64,000 nucleotides of DNA from the human T2T-CHM13v2.0 reference genome, Homo sapiens. Location: NCBI RefSeq assembly GCF_009914755.1, contig NC_060932.1; one strand, 5' to 3'. Below are positions 17,333-31,508 of this stretch, piece after piece. Each line of letters opens with the position of its first letter. Position 1 is the stretch's first letter. Under the pieces are notes generated by a model. That model was not told the DNA's origin, made no database searches, and saw nothing but the letters and a program-made list of their open reading frames with translations. Both the position numbers and the translations under genes were made by a program.

Positions 17333-17674
17333 CTTTTAAAAAAAAAACGTACTGTTCAGAGATGTGATTTAAAAAATACCAATATGTATGCTTATGTGTA
17401 CAGAGAAATATAAATCAAGATATAAAATATTACACAAAATGAGTATCTGGAGACCTAGATAGGCAATTGGTGCCAAAGAGGGCAACTGGAAGATTCTGAG
17501 TCCCCAGAAATCTCTGTACTTCCTCTTCCCTTCTTTGACAAAGTCAATGTTTTCTCAATTTATCCACTTCAAACAAAATCTCATTAATTTCTAAGTAGTA
17601 ACCCATCCCTAAGTCCCTCTTCTATTGAAACTGAGGAGATAGCAGTACAAAGGCGATTTTGGAAAAAGACTTAC

Positions 17675-17789
17675 CACGTATTTCTGAGTTCCAGGAGATG
17701 TATAGTCCTGTTTTATTTCCAGTTCCAAGACATTTCGTTTTCTATTAAATGCAAAACTTCCATAAAATTTTACCACTCCACTCTGATCT
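17675..17789 (-). CDS. TAF2: TAF2 exon 13 (DQSGVVKF...TQKYV; 115 nt)
   Basis: ttcctttacaattcttcag|A ... GTG|gtaagt; frame continuous. Confidence 0.95.
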
Positions 17790-18476
17790 CTGAAGAATTG
17801 TAAAGGAAAGTTTACATACTGAAACGAATATGTACTAAACAAAGTAAGTTATCCATCATGGTATTAATAATTTTCAAGTGCATTCCCACCAGTTCAAAGT
17901 TTGAGAGCATACGCTACAGTAAACCAGGTGGCAAAGTATTCAAAGTACTTGTGAAAAATGCTTTCCCAGATTTAAATAAAATTTCTGAAACACTGACAAA
18001 TTTGTGTTTTGAAAGAAGCAGAACCACTATACAAAGTTATTAATAGTGTTTTAAAGTGAAAAATGCAAAAACTGCAAAATTCCAAGATACCACTCAAATT
18101 GCGCCAACCCCTAATCACATCCACAAGTCACTAAACTACCACACCTCACAAGTAATCCTACAGGTCTGTCTGGTAGATTACTTACCTATCCTATCATCAA
18201 ACCAATTTTTTTACTCACATATTCTTTACTCACTAGAAAGTACTTTAAAATATGCCAAACTTTACAAATATAAACATACATGTGTGTGCACCTTAATGTC
18301 TAGTAGGCATCTTAGATGAAACAATTCACAGTTCATCATTATTTCTACCATTGTTTAGAAATATAAACAGTTCATACTTCCTTGAGTCCCCCTCAAACCT
18401 CTCTTCTTCCATCTTCCCCTTGCACACATACCTTATTCCCTTCCCCACTTTGTTGAACTGCTATTGAAAAGGATAC
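17790..18476 (-). other. TAF2: TAF2 intron 12, 687 nt, U12-type GT-AG intron
   Basis: Donor GTATCCTTT; branch-like TTCCTTTAC with A at -12; no long polypyrimidine tract. Confidence 0.92.
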
Positions 18477-18631
18477 ACCCACTGCTTTATTAACGGCTGA
18501 ATATCTTTGCCAGAGACATTTGAAATGGATTTCAAAAACCCAGATGTGGAAACCAACATCTGACTCCACATATGTGACTGGAACTTCTGAGATGAAGCAG
18601 TACTAGCCAGACTTAGCAGTTTATTGAAAAC
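18477..18631 (-). CDS. TAF2: TAF2 exon 12 (VFNKLLSL...IKQWV; 155 nt)
   Basis: ccttacag|GTT ... GT|GTATCCTTT (U12-type donor). Confidence 0.95.
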
Positions 18632-19038
18632 CTGTAAGGATAAAATCATTTAGTAAATTCATATAACAGATTCTTTTCAATTATATAGAATACTCACTTT
18701 GCATTATAACTTTATTGTAGTCAATTATAGAAGACAATAATTTCACTATTTATTACACAGATTATTCTAAAGACTACTAGCAATAGAAATATGCAAAGAT
18801 ATAAGCAGCCAGAATACAAAACCATTCTTCATATAAACATTATTGAATGTTAATGATGTACTGAATAATATTAAGAATTATAGTAAGAATAATATATAAT
18901 ACCTATAATTTATTGTAGTTTATATAGAAACTAGAAATTAAGAAGCTAATGATACTCATCAGGATTTATACCACTCCAAAGCTTGAGTGGCTCTTTATGG
19001 ACCATCTCTCTTTTAACATTTCTGTTCTTCATTCTAAA

Positions 19039-19347
19039 GGCCAGGTGTGGTGGCTCATGCCTGTAATCCTAGCACTTTGAGAGACCAAGGTAAGTGGGTA
19101 GCTTGAGCCCAGGAGTTTGAGATCAGACTGGGCAACATAGTGAAACCCCATCTCTACAAACAATACAAAAATTAGTCAGGCACGATGGTGCATGCTTGTA
19201 GTCCCGGCAACTCAGGAGGCTGAGATAGATGAGAGGATCCCTTGAGCCTGGGAGGTCAAGGCTGCAGTGGGCCGTGACTGCACCACTGCACTCCAGCCTG
19301 GGTGACAGAGACCCTATCTCAAAAAAAAACAAAACAAACCAAAAAAA
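19039..19347 (+). mobile_element. AluJ
   Basis: gcttgagcccaggagttt and ggtcaaggctgcagtg diagnostics. Confidence 0.88.
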
Positions 19348-19687
19348 GGCAAGGTGAAGGACAGAAAGATTAAAGAAACTGAACTTTACAGCAAACTTAA
19401 AATGCTTTAAAAAAAGCATTATTTTTTACCTGCCTCTAAGAATGTTAACAATGAAAAAAAATGGCTGAACATTTGGTTTCCACTCGCAACTACTAAATCA
19501 CAACCATTTACTCTGAAACTTGCTTAAAATACATGGCAAAATTTAGCGATAGCAAAAATAAACATCTTTTTTATTGGTTTACGTTTTTCTATTGAAAACA
19601 GTTTAAAGTGGCATTTCATCCTTAATACAATGCAGAACACAAATTCATATGTATAAATATGTTTTACTTTCATCCCCACAATTCTAG

Positions 19688-19985
<298 letters not shown>

Positions 19986-20208
19986 ACCACATTCTAATTA
20001 TATCTTCATAAAATTCATGTGCAAAGTTGTTCTGGTATTGATACCCATTCTACATCTGAGGAAATGCAAATATAAAGCACAGGTTACTTAGTGGGCAAAC
20101 AAAACTATAAATCCAGATGTCCTGACTCCTATTCTACAGAAACATACTCAGATTATACACATACAGATCTTTATTTACCATTGTTAAGTTCTTAACTTTA
20201 ATACTTAC

Positions 20209-20344
20209 TTGTAGCATAAATTCCATACTGATCCTATTTTCAATCAATCTCATCACAAGGTGGGCTTTACACTGAAACATAGTGTAGTATTCCCAGGATA
20301 GTGTATGTGGATGCTTTATTGAAAAGTGTAGATGGGAAGCCGGA
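20209..20344 (-). CDS. TAF2: TAF2 exon 11 (PASHLHFS...MEFMLQ; 136 nt)
   Basis: tttttttag|T ... CAA|gtaagt; overlaps ORF 20134..20361. Confidence 0.95.
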
Positions 20345-20479
20345 CTAAAAAAAATAAACACATTTACCTAATACAGCAAATGTGACTATTAAATAAAAAA
20401 TAAATTTCATGACCACATCAAGAAAATACCCAAAAAACCTCAGGAGAATATATAAGCAATTTCCTTAGTACTAATAAAC

Positions 20480-21474
<995 letters not shown>

Positions 21475-21480
<6 letters not shown>

Positions 21481-21874
21481 AGTTTGTTTGAATGATGGTG
21501 CCCCCTCCAAAATTCATGTTGAAACTTAAACCCCAATGCAACAGTCTTAAGAGGTGGCCTTTGGGAAGTGATTAAATCATCAGGGATCTACCCTCATGAA
21601 TGGGATTAGCGCCCTCATAGAAAGGCTCCAGGTTGAAGGGAGCGTTCTCTTGCCCTGCCATCCCTTCCACCTTGTGAGGACACATTCTTTCCCGCTGGAG
21701 GATGCAGCAACTAGGTGCCAACTAGGTGCAGAGAGCAGCCCTCACCAGACACCAATCCTCCCAGTGCCTCAGTCTTGAACTTCCCAGCCTCCAGAACAAG
21801 AAGTAAATTTCTACTGTTTACATTATTACCCAGTCTGTGGTACTTTGGTATAGTAGAATAAACAAACTATGGCA
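21475..21874 (+). mobile_element. MST-family MaLR solo LTR
   Basis: tgctatagtttg...ccctccaaaattcatgttgaaactta...gaacttcccagcctccagaa...tacccagtctgtggta. Confidence 0.8.
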
Positions 21875-21914
21875 AGTGGTATTATGCATCTCCTTCAAAA
21901 TGTGGCATATTGGT

Positions 21915-22002
21915 TAAGGCAGGAGGATTGCTTGAGCCCAAGAGTTTGAGATCAGCCTGGGTAACAATGTGAGACCCCATTTAAAAAAAATTAAAAAAAA
22001 AT
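21915..22002 (+). mobile_element. Alu/FLAM fragment
   Basis: aggcaggaggattgcttgagcccaagagttt plus A tail. Confidence 0.75.
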
Positions 22003-22250
22003 TTTTAATGTGGCACATTAAAACTTCAGATACTTTATAATCAATCTGATATTTTAAAAATTATTTTTATATTTTACTTATTACTTCCAATCTTATGAGC
22101 TTTATGAGTCTGTAAGCTTTAGCAAAGAATAGCAATAAGAAAAAGGTTAAATAAATTCTGAGGTACAATGAAATACTATTTAGCTCTTAAATGGAATAAT
22201 TGTTATATATAGTCAAGGTTTATAATATCATCTCTGAACAATAAACATAC

Positions 22251-22336
22251 TTATCCTTCTCTTTTCCTCCACCAAATATGGGATGTAGTAAAACCCCACC
22301 AGTTTTTAGTTCATATGCCACTATTTTGTCTAGCTC
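22251..22336 (-). CDS. TAF2: TAF2 exon 10 (ELDKIVAY...GGGKEKDN; 86 nt)
   Basis: ttttttag|GAG ... TAA|gtatgt (split codon AA|T); frame continuous. Confidence 0.94.
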
Positions 22337-22814
22337 CTAAAAAATATATAAAAATAGGAGTCAGTAAAATTTGTAAAGTAACATTTTTTTACATACCAAA
22401 TTTTAGAATTAAACTGTGAATTCTCATTTCCTAAAATCAGAATGTAAATTTCTTAAAATAAGTGAAATGTATTTAAAGAGTAGTTTATGTTCTTATAAAT
22501 AAAGCAGCCTACACAGCTGGCAGAATGACAAAAGCCAAAGACTTCTCTACTTTATGACTTCAGGGCTGGACAGCAGCCTGGCAACTTTTTCTTATGGCTG
22601 TTCTCAATCTCTCTGAGCTGTCTCCAAGTTTATTTTTCCTTCTCTGTATTTTGCTTCAAAAAATTTAGGCGAGTAAAAAGGAATGGGAATAAATTATGTC
22701 AGGAATCTATCATTTTAAAACTTCTCCAGTCTTCTCTAACATGACATAAATTGAACTTTTAAAAAGGGGGATTTTTTTTTTTAAACAGAAAAAAAAAGGG
22801 GGGGTTGGGGGCGG

Positions 22815-22980
22815 TTGTTTTGTTTTGTTTTGAGACAGGGTTTTACTCTGTCACCCAGGCTGGAGTTCAGTAGCTGATTATGGCTTACTGCAGCCTTGAC
22901 TTCCTGGGCTTAGGTGATCCTCCCACCTCAGCCCAAGAAGCTGGAACTACAGGCACATGCCACCGTGCCTGGTTAATTAA
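22815..22980 (-). mobile_element. AluJ right arm / FRAM-like
   Basis: Reverse single-arm Alu. Confidence 0.8.
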
Positions 22981-23001
22981 AAGAAAAAAAGCATAAGTGA
23001 A

Positions 23002-23296
23002 GACGGGCGCAGTGGCTCACATCTGTAATCCCAGCACTTTGGGAGGCTGAGGCAAGTGGATCACGAGGTCAGAAGTTCGAGACCATCCTGGCCAACATGG
23101 TGAAATCCCGTCTCTACTAAAAATACAAAAAATTAGCCGGGCGTGATGGCGGGTGCCTGTAATCCCAGCTCTCAGGAGGCTAAGGTGGAAGAATCGCTTA
23201 AACCCGGGAGGCAGAGGTTGCAGTGAGCCGAGATTGCGCCACTGCACTACAGCCTGAGCAACAGAGTGAGACTCCGTCTCAAAAAAAAAAAAAAAG
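23002..23296 (+). mobile_element. AluS
   Basis: TSD aaaaaaagcataagt. Confidence 0.9.
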
Positions 23297-23399
23297 CATA
23301 AGTTAAAATAAAGACACTACCACAATTGTGCTGGAAACTCCTAACTGCTTTAAATAATACAGATGTAGTACAGAAAAGTGGCAAACAGCATAGAGAAGA

Positions 23400-23590
23400 A
23401 ACTAAAAGCCAAGCTGGAATCCTGGGCCTACTACTTACTAGCTGTATACTTTGACCAAATAATTTAACCTTTCTTTCTGTTCCTCAGTTTCTTCATCTAT
23501 AAAATGGGAATGATAGCAAGGTAGTTAGGAGAATTAAGATCATTTTAATATTTATAAAACATTTGTAACAGTGCGTGAAATATTTTAAGT
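23400..23590 (+). mobile_element. MIR
   Basis: MIR core acttactagctgt...cctcagtttcttcatctataaaatggg. Confidence 0.7.
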
Positions 23591-24418
23591 GTTGTGTTAC
23601 TTTGTTCTTCTTCTTTAATAGTTTCTGAAATAAAGAAGAGACTCCAGTTCTAGATGTACAAATACCTTAATAGCTCTAGGTGTTTGAAGTCTTCGAAAAT
23701 TAACTTTTTGGCTTACTTGAGTTTACTCTTGGATGATAATAATATGTAAAATGAGAATACGGGGAAGATGATAAGGTTTGTTTAATGAAGATATGAAAGG
23801 CTGCAATTCTTCCACCTGAGAAGGAAGACACTAAGCATGATATGATTAAAATGTTTATGTATATGACCACAATGTGCTAAGTAAAATACAACTGATGTTT
23901 TCTTTTTGGCCAAATCTTTAAATCGTTAAAAAAAAAAAAAAAGATGTGACAATGACAACATAAATGCATTCAAAGCCTAGCCAGAATATAATAAGCAGTT
24001 AATATGTGCAAAGCATCATGCACATTACTTGTATAATGTCTAATAATCTCTGCCTATGGGCAGACACTACAATTGCCCTCCTTAAACAGAGACTTGGAAA
24101 GATTAAGGTTACAAAGCTAACAAATTTAGGAAGCACAGTTACAAACGACTACTATAAGGAGCTGGGACATACCTAACGACCAATCTGATGTTTAAGAAAC
24201 TTAAATATTCTCTTCCTTAGGGGAAAAAAAGGTTTTTAGGGGCCAATGTTGACAATGGAGATTAGATAAAATAGACCATTAGTCTTTCTCAGTAAATCAA
24301 TTCCCATTTTGCTGGGAAAAATTAGGGATTTTCAAGCAGTATTTTAAAAGTATTTTACAGTCATTAAAAATGGAGGACATAAGACTTGTAAGTGGATAAG
24401 GGATCTAGCTGTTATTAC

Positions 24419-24518
24419 CTCTTTAATCCAATGGCGGTACTCATTAACACCAAAAGTTTTTTTCATCCAAAGTCCATAGATATAGCCTGAAATTCCCTTC
24501 AGCACCCATTCATCAGAC
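24419..24518 (-). CDS. TAF2: TAF2 exon 9 (SDEWVLKG...HWIKE; 100 nt)
   Basis: ttgcttag|G ... GAG|gtaata; overlaps ORF 24344..24556. Confidence 0.95.
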
Positions 24519-25567
24519 CTAAGCAAAAAGTCAAAGCATAAATTACTTTTAATCATAAAAACTCCTCAGATAATGTCAAAGAGGATAACGGAATAAGTGT
24601 AGTGTGTATTTCCCTGCCTTCATAAAGAAAATGAAAATTATTAACAAATTATCAGGTTTCCCAACTTCCTCTGAGTTCTACTTGCCCATTTATTATACCT
24701 TATTCACACCTGCCTTTACCTTTCATTATGAGACTGCTTTACAGTCTTGCTTCAGGTATAAATTACCAGAGTACATGCTCTACTCTGACAGTGCTGCTTC
24801 CCTCCTGCCCAACTCTGTTCTTACTGTCTCTGCCTCTAAGGAAATACTTGCTCATAGCCAGGACTATACTGTTCAATTCTAAAAGTCTACATGCTATTAT
24901 TGCCAATCCCATGCATTATGCCATTACCAATGATATTCTAAAACCTAAAGTTTAATTCCTTCATTCATTTTTTTTTGCTTTCTCTAGAAAAATGGCAATT
25001 AACATCACTCACTCATTTATTCATTTGTATACTCATCCATCTATCCATCTACCCACTCCATCCATCCATCCATCCATAATATTTTGCCTACTACATTCCA
25101 AGCACTATTCTTTAATGAAACTTCTACATGTGATTTTAGGAAAACTACAAATCAAGAGATCTATCTTTAGTCTCTGCCCTCTCCTCTCCACTCCAGCAAG
25201 CGAAAAAAGAAAACCAAGATTTCCATACTATATATAGTATAGAATGTTCACAATTATAATCTTAATTTTTCTGTTTTCTTCAAAATAATCTCAAGTTAAT
25301 AAAAAAGAAAAGAAAAAGCATTTATACCTTTCATTTCTTTCAACAAACTGGTACAAAGCTGAGCACTAGTAGGCAAATCCCTAAATAATTATTAATATTG
25401 CAGAGGAGTACTATTTTACATTAAATATTGAGTTATTTCCAATTGCTTTGAACACTGACATTAAAATTCTAACTTCAGATTTCTGTACATTTAAGTTCTT
25501 TTATTTATAGAATTCATTCAGTTCTTTAAGACACTGTTTTACCAAAATCTTACCTTATAAACTGCAG

Positions 25568-25780
25568 AAGTGATTATATTGATTTCACGGCCAAAAAGTT
25601 AGGATAAAACTTATAATCATTTTTCTTTAAATACATATAGAACAGTGTCTTTTAAATTAGCTAATTTAATTAACTAATAAATATAAGTGACTATATTGAT
25701 TTCATGGCCAAAAAGTTAGGATGAAACTTATAATCATTTTTCTTTAAATACATATAGAACAGTGTCTCTTAAATTAGCTA
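25568..25780. repeat. 96-bp direct duplication with 21-bp spacer
   Basis: 25568-25663 vs 25685-25780, 4 mismatches. Confidence 0.92.
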
Positions 25781-25876
25781 TCTGCAATTAGGGCAAAGGT
25801 CAGCTTAAATGCAGAGAAAGAAAAGAAAAATAAACTTGATTCTCTTCTCAGTAGTATGAACTTTCAGGTCACTCAC

Positions 25877-25990
25877 CAAGACATTCTAGATATGAAACAA
25901 CCAAAAAACTGCTGGGCCAAGGATTGGGCTAAACACCTTCTAGTCAAAGGTGTCTCATCTATAATCATGGCACTGTGTAAAAGATTTGTG
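25877..25990 (-). CDS. TAF2: TAF2 exon 8 (TNLLHSAM...ISRMSW; 114 nt)
   Basis: attccag|C ... TTG|gtgagt; frame continuous. Confidence 0.95.
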
Positions 25991-26543
25991 CTGGAATTTA
26001 AAAGAGAAGAAAGCTCATTATAACCAAGAAATAAATACTTATTCAGTGAAAATAAAATAATTCCACTTTTAAAACAATGGAAGCTAAATAGAGAAAAAAT
26101 TCTCCCACCTTTCTAATCTTTTCAAAATTTAGCTAAAATTCATCATCTTAGTAACTTGCTTAAAGCAAAGAACACATTTTCCACTGATGATATCAGTAAA
26201 TTTCTGACAATATCAGTACATTTTTAAATAGTGCTAGAAAAAAATTCATACTAGTCATACAATAATTTGTACAATTTTTAAAGAATTTATGAAAACAAGA
26301 CTAAAACAGGGAAAATACTAATATTAGTTAATTCTGGATGAAGATGAGCCTTTTATCTCAAAAACTTTGTCTTCATGTTTTTCTACATTTAAAAAATTTT
26401 AAAACCAAATTTTGTACAAAGCCAATCACATCCAAATTGCGGAAAAAAGTTCAAAGCTCGTCTTAAAATTGACCGCAAAATCAGTAAATTTTCTTCATAT
26501 CATGATCTTAATTTAGGCATTTCAAATCTGAAGAGATACCAAC

Positions 26544-26728
26544 CTAAAAATGCTCATGGAAGCATAAGCAGCCACTTCAACATAAGCCTCATCAATGAAG
26601 ACAGTCTTAAAACAGGAGTATGGGTAACGACATGTAAGAATTTCTTCATAAAATTCAAAGACTTCATGAAGGTATGATGTGGTATGTTTCAGCAATGGAA
26701 GAAGTTGGGGCAAACAAAAATGAGTAAC
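26544..26728 (-). CDS. TAF2: TAF2 exon 7 (VTHFCLPQ...ASMSIFS; 185 nt)
   Basis: ttttcag|GTT ... TAG|gttggt; overlaps ORF 26522..26755. Confidence 0.95.
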
Positions 26729-28044
26729 CTGAAAAGAAGAAGCAAGGAAGATCATCTAAATGAAAGAGTTAAATTTAATATTGGAAATTTCCTAAACACC
26801 TCAACTATAAATAAATGTTCTCATAAATCTATTCTTTAATAATTTCAAGATGCTGAAAGAAAATGTTGTGAAAATAGTGATCACTTTTACTGATCACATT
26901 TATAAAATATTAACTACTTAAAAATTAAATTCACGGTGGATTATAAGTCTGTGGAATGCTCAGACCAACTAAAATACAACTCTAGTTCCAAATTCAATTA
27001 AAATTTTTTCTCATAGGTACACATAATAAGACTTAAATTTCAAAGGTTTATTATAAACATACCTCTTATTCATAAATATTTAACCCAGTGAATAATGCAC
27101 GTTATAGTACTATCTTATCAACAGTTAATGTTAATCATATTATCTGCATATAAAAATAATTGCTGTAGTCCCCCTCTAATATTTCAATTACACACCAAAG
27201 ACTGCAGAAAAGTTTACTGGTAGTTAGGAGATTAAAAAATGCCTGCAACAGAAATAGTAACTCTGGTTTTTTTCATTAGGTTACATCTCACTTTGGTCAC
27301 ACAAATATCATATGCTATCTCTTATTATGATCTGTGCCAAATGAGTGCCATCAACAATGACACAGGTCACTGACTAGAACAACCGTGTAAGGTTTCATGC
27401 AGGAGTGTGAAGCTGTGGTAATCTTTTTGAGTTCAACAGAAGTTTGATAGGAAACTTTTGGTACAGGAAAAGAGAACGTCCCAGGGTCAAAGATGGGAAG
27501 AAAAAAGGTATGATCAGAGAAATATAAGTAAACTATTTTGAATATAACATCTATTACGGTCAAATTATAGAAGATCTTGAAAGCCATGCTAAAGAGTTCT
27601 AATTACTGCAGAATTATAAAGGCAAGGGAAATTTTTATCATAAAAATTATTCTTCTAATAGCATTTAAAAAGAACAGATTAGAGGCTACCATAAGAGTGG
27701 AGAAAAGCATCTATGTATTACTAATAATCAGGGCCCAAATTTGTATCATGATTAACACTCTGTTTGTATTAATCATATTTAATCATAATTTTATTTGTGT
27801 ATGCAAATAAAAAATACTATTCACCAAAAAAAGGACTAATTTTTAGACAAATCCTACAAGACAGCAAATTTACTGATAATGCAGACAAGTCATGTATTTG
27901 ACACAGAGAAGACTAAGTCAGGAAAAACAATTCTTGACTATCATTTGCCTTGTTCCTATTCAATAGCTCAGAGTAGAAAAAAAATTCTTCTTAAATACAA
28001 AATCGGTACTAATCAAACATTGATTTTTTAAAATTTATATTATC

Positions 28045-29455
28045 ATTTTTTATTATACTTTAAGTTCTACGGTACATGCGTACAATGTGCAGGTTAAATA
28101 TGTATACATGTGCCATGTTGGTGTGCTGCACCCATCAACTCATCATTTATATTAGGTATATCTCCTAATGCTATCCCTCCCCCATCCCCCCACCCCACGA
28201 CAGGCCCCGGTGTGTGATGTTCCCCTTCCTGTGTCCAAGTGTTCTCATTGTTCAGTTCCCACCTATGAGTGAGAACATGTGGTGTTTGGTTTTTTGTCCT
28301 TGCGAGTTTGCTGAGAATAATGGTTTCCAGCTTCATCCATGTCCCTGCAAAGGACATGAACTCATCCTTTTTTATGGCTGCATAGTATTCCATGATGCAT
28401 ATGTGCCACATTTTCTTAATCCAGCCTATCACTGATGGACTGGGTTGGTTCCAAGTCTTTGCTATTGTGAATAGTACTGCAATAAACACACATGTGCATC
28501 TGTCTTTATAGCAGCATGATTTATAATCCTTTGGGTATATACCCAGTAATGGGATGGCTGGGTCAAATGGTATTTCTAGTTCTAGATCCTTGAGGAATTG
28601 CCACACTGTCTTCCACGATGGTTGAACTAGTTTACAGTCCCACCAACAGTGTAAAAGTGTTCCTATTTCTCCACATCCTCTCCAGCACCTGTTGTTTTCT
28701 GACTTTTTACTGATCGCCATTCTAACTGGTGTGAGATGGTATCTCATTGTGGTTTTGATTTGCATTTCTCTGATGGCCAGTGATGATGAGCATTTTTTCA
28801 TGTGTCTGTTGGCTGCATAAATGTCTTCTTTTGAGAAGTGTCTGTTCATATCCTTCGCCCATTTTTTGATGGGGTTGTTTTTTTCTTGTAAATTTGACTT
28901 CTTTGTAGATTCTGCATATTAGCCCTTTATCAGATGAGTAGATTGCAAAAATTTTTCCAATTCTGTAGGTTGCCTGTTCACTCTGATGGTAGTTTCTTTT
29001 GCTGTGCAGAAACTCTTTAGTTTAATTAGATCCCATTTGTCAATTTTGGCTTTTGTTGCCATTGCTTTTGGTGTTTTAGATAAGAAGTCCTTGCCCATGC
29101 CTATGTCCCAAATGGTATTGCCTAGGTTTTCTTCTAGGGTTTTTATAGTTTTAGGTCTAACATTTAAGTCTTTAATCCATCTTGAATTAACTTTTGTATA
29201 AGGTGTAAGGAAGGGATCCAGTTTCAGCTTTCTACATATGGCTAGCCAGTTTTCCCAGCACCATTTATTAAATAGGGAATCCTTTCCCCATTTCTTGTTT
29301 TTATCAGGTTTGTCAAAGATCAGATGGTTGTAGATGTGTGGTATTATTTCTGAGGCCTCTGTTCTGTTCCATTGGTCTATATCTCTGTTTTGGTACCAGT
29401 ACCATGCTGTTTTGGTTACTGTAGCCTTGTAGTATAGTTTGAAGTCAGGTAGCAT
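28045..29455 (-). mobile_element. 5'-truncated L1PA, sense to TAF2
   Basis: ORFs 28919..29455 and 28094..28849 are L1 ORF2 C-terminal peptides; L1 3'UTR follows. Confidence 0.95.
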
Positions 29456-30273
29456 GTTTAAAGCTGATCATTTACCAAAGACAATAAAGTTCACTGCTAA
29501 TCTTATCAGTGGATAAACCTTTAAAAAGAGTCATTGTTAAGACAACGTAAGCAAAACCAACACAAAATATCCTGAATCTTTTCCACGAGTGATTTTACAA
29601 ATCCTGTGAATTTCAGCAAGGCAAATATAAAAGGCAAACTGAGGAGCTCACCGAAAGCCTGCTGCCCTCAATTTTTATTCACATGACTAAAAGAAATGCT
29701 GTGGAGATATACGTGGTCAAATTATATGCTTATGTATTTCTTTTTTAAAAAATAAACCTAAATTGAAGACGAAAAAAGAGAGTTAACAACTAATAAATCA
29801 TTTTCTAATCAGCAGAAGTCTCATGCTTGGGGAGGCCTAAAACTGTGATTTGGCCTGTCAATTGATAAATGAATTGTGATAAGATATGTGCTGGGAAGAA
29901 ACTAGAAGTCTTCATGAGTTTGCTAACCAGGTTTCTAACTCTGTCTGTTTTCCTCTGTATAGGTTGAAGAGAGAATAAATCTTGCTCTTTAATTTTGAAT
30001 TTACAATATTTTAGATTCCAGAGATGGGACCACAACATTCAAAAACATGATAAATGAAAAGATGTCATTAGTAATGAACAAAATTAGTTACAGAAATCTA
30101 CCTATATGCTAAATCAAGATATAACTGAAGCTCTTTTGAAATGCTAAGACTCTGTTGGAAAATAATCTGAAATTTAAATACAACATTTTGAAAGAAATTC
30201 ATTCAAGAATTCACATCATTATATATATTAGATAAGGAAACATTTTCTCTCTAGTCATATTCTTGATAGTTGA

Positions 30274-30606
<333 letters not shown>

Positions 30607-30671
30607 ATATCTATCTTTTTAAAAGCAGTAAAGGGCCAGGAGGAGAGTAAGAGAGGAGAGCTCTGACTTAC

Positions 30672-30903
30672 CTCATGCATGTATGGATCTACCAGTATTT
30701 CAAATGGTCCAATGGCCAAGGAGATATTTGACGCTGCTGTAGGAATGGTAAGCATATAATGGAAAGTTTTCTTCCTCATATCATGAGTATACACTGTCTC
30801 CACCAAATCGCCATTAGAAACAGCAACCATTGCAGCATCTACTGTAAATTCTAATTTCCATGTACACAATTCAGAGTATGAATCAACACAAGGGAACCAA
30901 AAT
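30672..30903 (-). CDS. TAF2: TAF2 exon 6 (FWFPCVDS...DPYMHE; 232 nt), M1-aminopeptidase-like fold region
   Basis: ttttttctag|A ... GAG|gtaagt; overlaps ORF 30486..30968. Confidence 0.96.
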
Positions 30904-31508
30904 CTAGAAAAAAGATTGACAGTATAGAAAATGTATTCAAAGAGTTCTCTACATTGTTTTCCCCACATGCAAGTTATTTTAGCATTTCTAGAAAATGAAC
31001 AAACAAAACCTTTAGCTATTTGGCTACTGAAGCTTTTTACTGTACAACCTGAAAAAAATCTGATAAAATAAAATCTGTTTCCAAATACTATTTGGCAATA
31101 TTAAGAAAATATATTATGTGGTACCATCAGTTCAAACCCTAAAAAGAGTTAAGCAATTCTTAGCTTTCAGTGTTTTAAAAAATAATTTTAACTTGTATCC
31201 GCACATTAGTCAGTTTTTATGCAGCATTCATTTCTAGAAACTAAAAAAGGCTCACAGCAAAAAGTTTTATAAAGCATAACTAACATTCAGAATTTATTCC
31301 ATTAAATTATAAAACTGCTTTTTTGGAGTATGTAACGTATTGTATAAATTCAAACTGAGTGCTGGTTAAGTTAGATATAAAATTTATAGTCAGCTTTCAT
31401 CAGTTCAGTAAGGTGTTACATGACAGGGTAGGTACTTAGTATTGAAGCACAAAAGTGTGTAAGACATTATCCCTGGTTTAGAGAAGTTATTATAATAATC
31501 TGAGGACA

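Noticed and set aside
26184-26220. TGATGA and CTGA box-like motifs
   Set aside because: On the non-transcribed strand and too close together for a C/D snoRNA.
26420-26510. TTGCGG...CCGCAA inverted repeat with CpGs and CTGA in intron 7, possible snoRNA
   Set aside because: No convincing box C/terminal box D pair or H/ACA layout on the transcribed strand; the stem is only 6 bp.
28094-29455. Longest ORFs (251 aa and 178 aa)
   Set aside because: They are frameshifted C-terminal pieces of L1 ORF2 in a 5'-truncated element, not a gene.
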